NCBI GenBank assembly: GCA_964291295.2 | Contig: OZ219754.1 | Span: 1,344,001 to 1,408,000 of the forward strand | Length of the DNA stretch: 64,000 nucleotides | Source: an uncultured Candidatus Binatia bacterium | GTDB taxonomy: Bacteria > Desulfobacterota > Binatia > UBA9968 > JAJDTQ01 | Direction of reading: 5' to 3' | Shown here: positions 56,755 to 64,000 of the stretch, piece by piece | Numbering within the stretch: the stretch's first letter is position 1 | Layout of the letters: each line of letters begins with the position of its first letter | Notes under the pieces: generated by a model | What the model was told of the DNA's origin: nothing | Databases searched by the model: none | Seen by the model: the letters and a program-made list of their open reading frames with translations, nothing else | Position numbers and translations under genes: made by a program

Positions 56755-58061
56755 CCCGCGCTGCCGGCCGCACCCCCGGTGTCGTGAGTTCCTATCGCAA
56801 GAGTCTCGAATTCATCTACCATTTGCGCCGCGCCGAAATCGACCTGCGGCTGGAGCGGGTGGCGCACGCGCTGTCGCTGTTCGACAACCCGCAGCAGCGC
56901 TTCCGGGTCTTTCATGTCGCCGGCACCAACGGCAAGGGGTCAACGGCCGCCATCCTCCATGCGGTGTTGTGCGCGCAAGGCTACCGGGTCGGACTCTACA
57001 CTTCGCCGCACCTGGCCGATTTCACCGAGCGGATCCGCGTGGGCAGGCGGCCCATCGGCCGGGCGGCCGTGGTCCGCCTCGTCCGGGAGGTCGCCGAAGG
57101 AATGGCGCAGGTTCCCCTGTCTCTGACATTTTTCGAGTTTGCGACGGTCATGGCCTTGCTGCACTTCGCTCGGAAAGGGGTAGAGGTGGCGGTGGTGGAG
57201 GTGGGGCTCGGCGGCAGGCTGGACGCCACCAATCTGGTGCAACCGGACGTTTGCGCCATCACCACCATCGCCCGGGACCACGAGCGTTTTCTCGGCAAGG
57301 GGATCGCCTCCATCGCGCGCGAAAAGGGCGGCATCATCAAGCCCGGGATCCCCGTGGTCTGCGGTTCCCTGCCCGCCGCGGCCAGCCGCGTCATACGCCG
57401 GATCGCGCGCGCGCTGGAAGCTCCGGTCCGCCAGTGGGACAGGGACTTCGCGGTGGTGCCCGGTGAGGATGGCCGATTCGGCTACCGCGGCCGGGAATGG
57501 TCGCTGGACGGGCTGAGACTGGCGCTGTCCGGCGGCTGGCAGCGACACAACGCCGGAGTCGCCTTGGCGTCCCTGGAGGCGCTGCATACCGCGTTGCCGG
57601 TCCGGGAGAAGGCGATACGCCGCGGCCTGGGGTCGGTGGCGTGGCCGGGCCGGCTCGAGGTTCTGCCGGGACGCCCCACCCTCATATTGGACGGAGCGCA
57701 CAATCCCGGCGCGGTGCAGGCGCTCGCCGCGGAGGTCCGCGGACTCGTCGGCGACAGAAAAGTCCGTCTGCTGTTCGGCAGCATGCGTGACAAGGATTGG
57801 TCCTCGATGCTCGCGATGCTGTGCGGCGTGGCCGGGGAAGTGGTCCTGACCCGAACGCCGACCGCGCGGGGCGCGGATCCGGGTTCGTTGTCCTCAGCCC
57901 TGCCCCGGGGGGTTCGGACCACCGTCGTGGAGGATCCGGTTGCGGCTCTCTCCGGTCTGGTGGCGGACCGGCGGCGGCGGGACGTTCCGGTTCTGGTGGC
58001 GGGCTCACTCTACCTGGTGGGGGCGGTGCGCGCCAAGGCGCTGGAGCTGCGGGCACGCTGA
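56751..58061 (+). CDS. folC: Bifunctional folylpolyglutamate synthase/dihydrofolate synthase
   Basis: HVAGTNGKGS, YTSPHL, EVGLGGRLDATN, WPGRLE, DGAHN and GSLYLVG. ATGA overlap with trpF. Confidence 0.96.
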   Translation: MTRAAGRTPGVVSSYRKSLEFIYHLRRAEIDLRLERVAHALSLFDNPQQRFRVFHVAGTNGKGSTAAILHAVLCAQGYRVGLYTSPHLADFTERIRVGRRPIGRAAVVRLVREVAEGMAQVPLSLTFFEFATVMALLHFARKGVEVAVVEVGLGGRLDATNLVQPDVCAITTIARDHERFLGKGIASIAREKGGIIKPGIPVVCGSLPAAASRVIRRIARALEAPVRQWDRDFAVVPGEDGRFGYRGREWSLDGLRLALSGGWQRHNAGVALASLEALHTALPVREKAIRRGLGSVAWPGRLEVLPGRPTLILDGAHNPGAVQALAAEVRGLVGDRKVRLLFGSMRDKDWSSMLAMLCGVAGEVVLTRTPTARGADPGSLSSALPRGVRTTVVEDPVAALSGLVADRRRRDVPVLVAGSLYLVGAVRAKALELRAR

Positions 58062-58093
58062 AGCACCCCGGGAGGCCAGCTCCGGCAACAATC

Positions 58094-60397
58094 ATGCACC
58101 TGTGGCGTTGGAAAATCCCGACGTATCTCCTGGCGGTCTGCTGCGTCCTGTTCGCCGTGACCCCGGCCCGGTCCGACGACGGCAGGGAGCGCATCGAGGT
58201 GTCCGCGGAGGATTCCATCGAAGTGCGCGGGAAAGGCGACACCGTCGAGGCCAGGGGCAACGTGGAGATCCGGCGGCGCGAGTCGGTCCTTGGCGCGGAG
58301 TCCGTGGAGTTCGACTCGTCGAAGCGGACCTTGCGTGCGCGGGGCTCGGTCTATCTGCGTGATCCGCGGTATCGGCTCAGGGCCTCCGAGCTCGATATGG
58401 ACCTGGCGGATGAGACGGGCAGGCTGCGGGACGCCGAGGTCTTCATCAAGGACGGCAATCTGAGCCTCGGCGGCAGGCGGGTGGAAAAGTTCGCCGGACA
58501 AGCGTACGCGGTCGAAGAGGGGCACTTCACCACGTGTCTCTGCGAGGAAGGCGCGCCGCCCTGGCGTATCGGCGCCCGCGAGATCCGATTGGACGAGGCC
58601 GGCAGGGCGGCGGCCCGGGAGGTCACCTTTTACGTCTACGATGTGCCGGTGCTGTACCTGCCCCGTGCGACGTTCCCTTCGTTGGCGCCGCGGGCGACAG
58701 GCCTGCTGGTTCCTTCGTTCGGCTGGTCCGACCACGCCGGGCTTCGCTACCGCCAGCCCTTCTTCTGGGCCGTCGACAAGAGCAATGATCTGACGGTGAA
58801 CCTCGCGGTGGAGTCCAAGGCCCGTGCCGGCTTCACCGGCCAGTACCGCACCATCCTCGACTCCGGGACCGACGGGCGTCTGGATCTCTCCTGGTTCCAC
58901 GAGCGGATGCGCCGGAGCCGGTCCGTGGAGGCGGTGCCGGCGGCGGATGCCACGATACCGTCGGACCGGTGGAGCGTCGCGCTGACGCACCGGCACCGCG
59001 CACCATCGGGTTGGACGACCTTCAGCGACGCGGCTCTCTACAGCGACAGCTTCGTGACCCGGGAACTCATGGACTTCACCGACCTGGACGCCGGCGCGCG
59101 GAGGCGCGCCCGGACAAGCCGTTCCAGCGTGTCGCGGCTGGGATTCTACCGGCACGCGTCCGGGATGACGCTGAAGGGTGAACTGGACTATCTGCAGGAC
59201 TTGGTCCAGCCGCAGCCCCGGGCGCTCCACCGGATGCCCCACCTTGCCTTCAGCGCCGTCCGTCCCTTGGGCGGTCAGCTCGAACTGGGATGGGACACCA
59301 CGCTGACCCGTTACGCGAGGCAGGAGTTGGCGGATGGCCTGAGAGTCGACATCCGTCCCGAACTGACCTGGCCGGTCACGGTGGGGCGTCACTTCAGACT
59401 CGCCGGCAGCCTCGCCCTGCGCGAGACCCTGTACCACCTGGACGCCGTCGGCGGGAAGTTCGATGCCGGGCGCAGCGACTACTCCGGCGAGTTCGCCCGC
59501 AACAGCTCCCGGGAACTGGTGGAGTTCCGGTCGACACTGTCCACGTCGTTGAGCCGCATGTATGACTGGAACACCGGCGTGCGGCATGTGGTAGAGCCCG
59601 CCGTCGAGTATTGGTTCATTCCCGCGACGAATCAGCGGGATATTCCGGTCTGGGACAGCATCGACCGGATCAATCGCCGCAACCGGCTCACGTTGTCGCT
59701 GCACAATCGTTTCTGGATGAGGCAGGGCGCGGACGGTCTGACGGCTCCCGATGACGGCGGTACCGCCGAAGCCGGGGGCGGCAGCAGTCCGGCGGTGGTG
59801 GCCGCGGTCGCCCAGGCCCGGGTGGCGGCGAGCCTGGACCTGGACCGTGCCCGCAAGGAAGAGGAGGACACCCTTTCCGACCTGGAGGTTGAACTGGGCC
59901 TCCACCCGGCGGACCATCTGGATATCGCGGTACGGCTGGGCGTTGATCCGGGACCGTGGAGTCTGCGCGAGGCCGCCGCGGAGTTCACCTTTTCCGATGC
60001 CGCCTCCCCCCGGAGCCGGGTGCCGGACAGTGATTTCCGCCGGCCCAACGGTCTTTCGCTGAGCTACCGTCACATCCGGGCGAACCCGCTTTCGCCTCTG
60101 TGGCAAGACGCCAATCTTGATCTGCTCGCGGACTGTCCCGGCGACCCCCGGTGCCTGCCGCGGGAAAACCTTGATGCGGTGCAGGCCAGCGCTCTGCTGC
60201 GCCTGTCGGATCGCCTCCTGCTGCTCTACGACGGCAACTACGATGGTGCCTCCGGCCGGTTGACGCGCAATCAGGTGGGCCTCAAGTATCTCTCGCGGTG
60301 CCGCTGCTGGAGCGTGGCCACATTCGTGGACATGCGCACCGACCCGGACCGGACGCTTCTGGCGGTCAAGTTCAATCTCCTGGGACCGGGTTTCTGA
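58094..60397 (+). CDS. lptD: LPS-assembly protein LptD (outer-membrane beta-barrel)
   Basis: Signal-like N-terminus, OstA-like beta-jellyroll (ARGNVEI, FTTC, PWRIGA, PVLYLP, RATGLLVP), HVVEP, and a C-terminal Cys pair (SRCRCWS). Confidence 0.85.
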   Translation: MHLWRWKIPTYLLAVCCVLFAVTPARSDDGRERIEVSAEDSIEVRGKGDTVEARGNVEIRRRESVLGAESVEFDSSKRTLRARGSVYLRDPRYRLRASELDMDLADETGRLRDAEVFIKDGNLSLGGRRVEKFAGQAYAVEEGHFTTCLCEEGAPPWRIGAREIRLDEAGRAAAREVTFYVYDVPVLYLPRATFPSLAPRATGLLVPSFGWSDHAGLRYRQPFFWAVDKSNDLTVNLAVESKARAGFTGQYRTILDSGTDGRLDLSWFHERMRRSRSVEAVPAADATIPSDRWSVALTHRHRAPSGWTTFSDAALYSDSFVTRELMDFTDLDAGARRRARTSRSSVSRLGFYRHASGMTLKGELDYLQDLVQPQPRALHRMPHLAFSAVRPLGGQLELGWDTTLTRYARQELADGLRVDIRPELTWPVTVGRHFRLAGSLALRETLYHLDAVGGKFDAGRSDYSGEFARNSSRELVEFRSTLSTSLSRMYDWNTGVRHVVEPAVEYWFIPATNQRDIPVWDSIDRINRRNRLTLSLHNRFWMRQGADGLTAPDDGGTAEAGGGSSPAVVAAVAQARVAASLDLDRARKEEEDTLSDLEVELGLHPADHLDIAVRLGVDPGPWSLREAAAEFTFSDAASPRSRVPDSDFRRPNGLSLSYRHIRANPLSPLWQDANLDLLADCPGDPRCLPRENLDAVQASALLRLSDRLLLLYDGNYDGASGRLTRNQVGLKYLSRCRCWSVATFVDMRTDPDRTLLAVKFNLLGPGF

Positions 60398-60429
60398 CAG
60401 CGGCCCGGTTTTTGCGTTCCAGCAAGGCC

Positions 60430-62487
60430 ATGGTCTCCAAGTGGTTGCGAATCGTTGCATGGCTGGCGTTGGGAGTCTGTCCGTGGGCAGACCCGGGTCC
60501 GGCTCGGGGACGGGAAGCCGCCCCGCCCGGCGTCGTGGTGCCCGCACCCGCCGGCGCCCCCGACTTGGTGACGTTGCACTTCGACGCCGTCGACCTGGTG
60601 GATGTCATCCACGTACTGGCGCGGCACCTGCGCCTCAACTACGTCATCGACCCCGAGGTTCAGGGCGTTGTCACCATCTCAGGCGGACAAGGCGTCAAGA
60701 GGGAAGACCTCCTCTCGATCTTCCACGAGGTCCTGAGGATCCACGGCGCCGTCGCGGTCAAACAGGGCGCGCTCTACCGCATCACGCCCATGGACAGGGC
60801 ACCCGGCCTGGCGGTACTTGGCGGTGCCGGGGGCTCCGGCCTCGTGATGCGGATTCTGCCGGTACGCTATTTCCCGGTGACCGTCATCAAGCGGTTGCTG
60901 GAGCCCTTCATGAGCCAAAGCGGGACGGTCCTCGATCATGTACACGGCAACTATCTGGTGGTTGTCGATCTGCCGTCAAATATTCGACGTTTGTCGGAGA
61001 TACAGACCTTGATCGATGTCGAGACATTCGCCGGCACCCGAATGGAGCTGTACAAGCCGAAGGTGGCCGCAGCCCATGAACTCGCGCGCGAGATGTCCGC
61101 GGCCATGCGTTTCTCCGGTGCGGCGGCCCAGGGCGAGACCTTCGCCGCGCGTTTCCTGCCGCTGCCGCGGATCAATCAACTCCTGGTCATCGCCTACAGC
61201 GAGGCGGCCTGGAGTTATGTGAAGCACTGGATCGAGCGCATCGACGTGGCGGATGAGGATCCGGGACGCAAACTCTTCATCCGGCCCATCGAGAACCGCG
61301 AGGCCAAGGAGCTGGCGCGGGTTCTGAACCAGGTTTACGGGGCTCGGCGGTCTTCTTCCGGCGCACCGGCCGCCCGGCCGGTCACCCGGCCCGGTGCCGG
61401 TGCGGACTCCCTGCGGGGACCGGAAGGGGGGCGCGGTGCCGGTTCCCTCTCCGGGCGAGTCCCGTCCAGGAAGGGAGCGGCGGCCACGCTGACCGGCGGG
61501 GCGGAGTCCGGCGGCCCGCCGGTGTCGAGGCCACCCGCGCCCGGTTCCGGTGAAGGTGTCCGCGTGGTGGCGGAGCCGGACACCAACTCGCTGGTGATTC
61601 TGGCGACCGCCGGGGAATACGCCGACATCGCCGGGGTCCTCGAAAGGCTGGATCTGGTCCCGTGTCAGGTGCTCATGGAGGTGCTGGTGGCCGAGGTGAC
61701 GCTGACCGACGACTTCGAGTTCGGCGTGGAGTATGCGCTCAGCAGGGGCGGCTTCAGTCCCCGGGCGGCGGATGTGGACCCGCCCGCCGCTGGCGCGGGG
61801 TTTCAGACTCTCGAGTCGGGGTTCACGTCGGTCGTCGACGCGGGCCGCGATTTTCGCCTGTTCGTCAGGGCGCTGATGCGGGACGCCCGCGTCAGGGTGT
61901 TGTCCTCGCCGCACCTCCTGGCCGTGGACAATCGGCCGGCGCGGATTCGCGTCGGCAGCGAGCAGCCGGTGGCGACGGGAACGGTGGCCTCGCAGGAGGC
62001 TCGGGTGACCACCACCACCATCGATTTCAAGAATGTCGGGCGAATTCTGACGGTTGTCCCCCAAGTCAACTCCCAGGGGTTCGTGAACCTGCAGGTCCGG
62101 GTGGAGGTGAGCGACGTGGGCGAGAGGGTCGTGGTGGGAGGCCAGTCCTTTGACGCCTTCAACGTCCGGGACGCTGAGACCACCGCTGTCCTCCAGGACG
62201 GCCAGACCCTGGTCATCGGCGGCATCATTACCGACAACGTGCGCCGGACACGCATCGGCATCCCCCTGCTCATGGATCTGCCCCTGCTGGGGCCACTCTT
62301 CCGCAGGGATCTGCAACGGTCCGACCGGACCGAACTCGTGATCCTCATCACCCCTCGCGTGATCCGCAACCGGCAGCAGGGCGAGCAGGTGACCGAGCGG
62401 TTCCTGGACAAGGTCCGGGCCGTCAGGCGGGAACTGGAGGCCGGCGGGGTGCCGCCCGGCGAAAGTTCGCGGTCCTCGGCCCGCTAG
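60430..62487 (+). CDS. Secretin, type II secretion GspD-like
   Basis: N0 domain (VTLHFDAVDL...NYVIDPEVQGVVTI), N-repeats (TNSLVI), and secretin core QVLMEVLVAEVTL, SSPHL, GQTLVIGG, GIPLLMDLPLLGPLFR, TELVILITPRVI. Confidence 0.88.
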   Translation: MVSKWLRIVAWLALGVCPWADPGPARGREAAPPGVVVPAPAGAPDLVTLHFDAVDLVDVIHVLARHLRLNYVIDPEVQGVVTISGGQGVKREDLLSIFHEVLRIHGAVAVKQGALYRITPMDRAPGLAVLGGAGGSGLVMRILPVRYFPVTVIKRLLEPFMSQSGTVLDHVHGNYLVVVDLPSNIRRLSEIQTLIDVETFAGTRMELYKPKVAAAHELAREMSAAMRFSGAAAQGETFAARFLPLPRINQLLVIAYSEAAWSYVKHWIERIDVADEDPGRKLFIRPIENREAKELARVLNQVYGARRSSSGAPAARPVTRPGAGADSLRGPEGGRGAGSLSGRVPSRKGAAATLTGGAESGGPPVSRPPAPGSGEGVRVVAEPDTNSLVILATAGEYADIAGVLERLDLVPCQVLMEVLVAEVTLTDDFEFGVEYALSRGGFSPRAADVDPPAAGAGFQTLESGFTSVVDAGRDFRLFVRALMRDARVRVLSSPHLLAVDNRPARIRVGSEQPVATGTVASQEARVTTTTIDFKNVGRILTVVPQVNSQGFVNLQVRVEVSDVGERVVVGGQSFDAFNVRDAETTAVLQDGQTLVIGGIITDNVRRTRIGIPLLMDLPLLGPLFRRDLQRSDRTELVILITPRVIRNRQQGEQVTERFLDKVRAVRRELEAGGVPPGESSRSSAR

Positions 62488-63809
62488 CCCCGGTCCTGGC
62501 GTTTCTTCAATGCTTCCCACGCCTTGAGCCGTTCCCGGATGACCTTTTCGTGCCCTTGGTCGCTTGGCTCGTAGTAGCGGCGCCCCTTGAGTTCCGGCGG
62601 CAGATACTCCTGTTCCGTGACGTGGCCGGGAGAGTCATGCGGGTAGCGGTAGTCCGCCCCGTAGCCCAGGGATTTCATGAGGCCGGTGGGCGCATTGCGA
62701 AGGTGGAGGGGAGTGGGCAGGGAACCCTTTTCGCGCACGTCGCGGGTGGCCCCCAGCAGCGCCAGGCAGGCCGAGTTGGACTTGGGGGCGGTGGCCAGGT
62801 AGACGGCGGCCTGGCTCAAGGGGAGTCGCCCCTCCGGAAGTCCCACGAAGTGAACGGCGTCCTTGGCGGCCACCGCCACCTGCAGGGCCTGCGGGTCTGC
62901 GTTGCCGACATCCTCGGCCGCAAAGATGACCATCCGGCGGGCGATGAACAGCGGGTCTTCCCCGGCCTCGATCATGCGCACCATCCAGTAGACCGCGGCG
63001 TCGGGGTCGCTGCCGCGCAGGCTCTTGATGAAGGCGGAGACAAGGTTGTAGTGCTCGTCGCCGGACTTGTCGTGGCGCAGTTGCAGCGTCTGTTCCACGT
63101 GGGTGATCTCGATGCGCGTGACCGCGGCGTCATTGCGCGCCAGCGTCACCGCGCCATCCAGGCCGTTGAGCGCCATCCGGGCGTCTCCCTGCGCCCATTG
63201 GACCAGCATGGACCGCGCCTCCGGCACGAGGCTCAGGGGGTCATCCCAAAGTCCCCGGCCGCGTTCCGCCACGGCCCGATCGACGACCCGCGCAAGGATC
63301 TCCGGGCCCAACGGGTGCATGACGCAGACCCGGCAGCGGGAGAGCAGCGGCGCAATCAGTTCGAAGGACGGATTCTCGGTGGTGGCGCCGATCAGCGTCA
63401 GCAGCCCCGCTTCCACGTGGGGGAGAAAGGTGTCCTGCTGGGACTTGTTGAAGTGGTGGATCTCGTCCACCAGGAGAACCACCGGAACGGCGCTCCGTTG
63501 CAGCCGTCTGGCGTCCGGGAGCAGTTTCTTGAGTTCGCCGATCCCGGAGCTTACCGCGGAGAACCGGATGCAGTGCGCGTGGCAGGCATCCACCAGCAGC
63601 CGGGCGAGAGTGGTCTTGCCGCATCCCGGCGGACCCCAGAGAATGATCGACTGGAGCCGGCCGGTGTCGGCCATGCCGCGCAGCAGCTTGCCGGGACCCA
63701 GGAGGTGCTCCTGTCCCAGCACCTCGCCCAGACTGGACGGCCGCATACGCTCCGCCAGCGGGGTGTTCTTTCCAAGGCTGCGGGAACTCGTGGAGTCGAA
63801 CAATTCCAC
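62484..63809 (-). CDS. rarA: Replication-associated recombination protein A (MgsA/RarA AAA+ ATPase)
   Basis: PLAERMRP, WGPPGCGKTT, DEIH, GATTENPSF, SAFIKSLRGSDPDAA, EDVGNAD and HLRNAPT. Start at 63809 (GTG) or 63839. Confidence 0.95.
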   Translation of the reverse strand: MELFDSTSSRSLGKNTPLAERMRPSSLGEVLGQEHLLGPGKLLRGMADTGRLQSIILWGPPGCGKTTLARLLVDACHAHCIRFSAVSSGIGELKKLLPDARRLQRSAVPVVLLVDEIHHFNKSQQDTFLPHVEAGLLTLIGATTENPSFELIAPLLSRCRVCVMHPLGPEILARVVDRAVAERGRGLWDDPLSLVPEARSMLVQWAQGDARMALNGLDGAVTLARNDAAVTRIEITHVEQTLQLRHDKSGDEHYNLVSAFIKSLRGSDPDAAVYWMVRMIEAGEDPLFIARRMVIFAAEDVGNADPQALQVAVAAKDAVHFVGLPEGRLPLSQAAVYLATAPKSNSACLALLGATRDVREKGSLPTPLHLRNAPTGLMKSLGYGADYRYPHDSPGHVTEQEYLPPELKGRRYYEPSDQGHEKVIRERLKAWEALKKRQDRG

Positions 63810-63914
63810 GGCGTCACACGTTCCGGTGCCGTCGCGCACGCCGCCCCGGGGATGAATGAGGGGGCGAGTCGCGCGCGGGCGGTTCCGGGATCGTTCGTAC
63901 AGGTCCGGGAGTCG

Positions 63915-64000
63915 TCAGCGCGACGCCCGGGGCCGGCGGTCTTCTTCCAGACGAGCCCGTTTGCCGGAGAGGTTTCTCAGGTAGTACAGCTTGGCCCGGC
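63915..64000 (-). CDS. rplS: 50S ribosomal protein L19, C-terminal fragment (continues beyond the window)
   Basis: The reverse strand reads RAKLYYLRNLSGKRARLEEDRRPRASR*. RAKLYYLR is the L19 signature. Confidence 0.9.
   Translation of the reverse strand, partial: RAKLYYLRNLSGKRARLEEDRRPRASR

Overview
High-GC bacterial chromosome segment from a diderm, LPS-producing organism. Gene order and protein sequences suggest a 'deltaproteobacteria-like' lineage, but that is inference and not a database result. The window is almost entirely housekeeping. In order: a lipoate-ligase-like gene (cut off at the left edge), aceE-aceF-lpdA, a ferredoxin, lipB, a cold-shock protein, a polyprenyl synthetase, an aldehyde dehydrogenase, rph, tRNAs, tig-clpP-clpX-lon, rplM-rpsI, lptFG and rlmB. 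Next is the tuf/secE/nusG/rplKAJL/rpoBC/str/S10/spc/alpha supercluster, then a SPOR protein, trpD-trpC-trpF-folC, lptD, a lone GspD-type secretin, rarA and the 3' end of rplS. There are 12 tRNA genes in total. I see no CRISPR array, integrase, transposase or clearly novel multi-gene system. The signals worth a second look are: (1) several intergenic spacers filled with locus-specific degenerate 11-17 nt tandem arrays, some apparently seeded from the adjacent gene or tRNA boundary; (2) a 170-bp MITE with perfect 15-bp terminal inverted repeats at the trpD stop codon; (3) clean absences from conserved operons (rpmD, adk, infA, the str-operon tuf, trpBA/accD, rdgB, and possibly lipA, which may have left a 4-codon scar); (4) a one-base frameshift in rplF, probably a sequencing error; (5) an intrinsic terminator between rpsG and fusA; (6) a secretin gene next to lptD with no other type II secretion genes.
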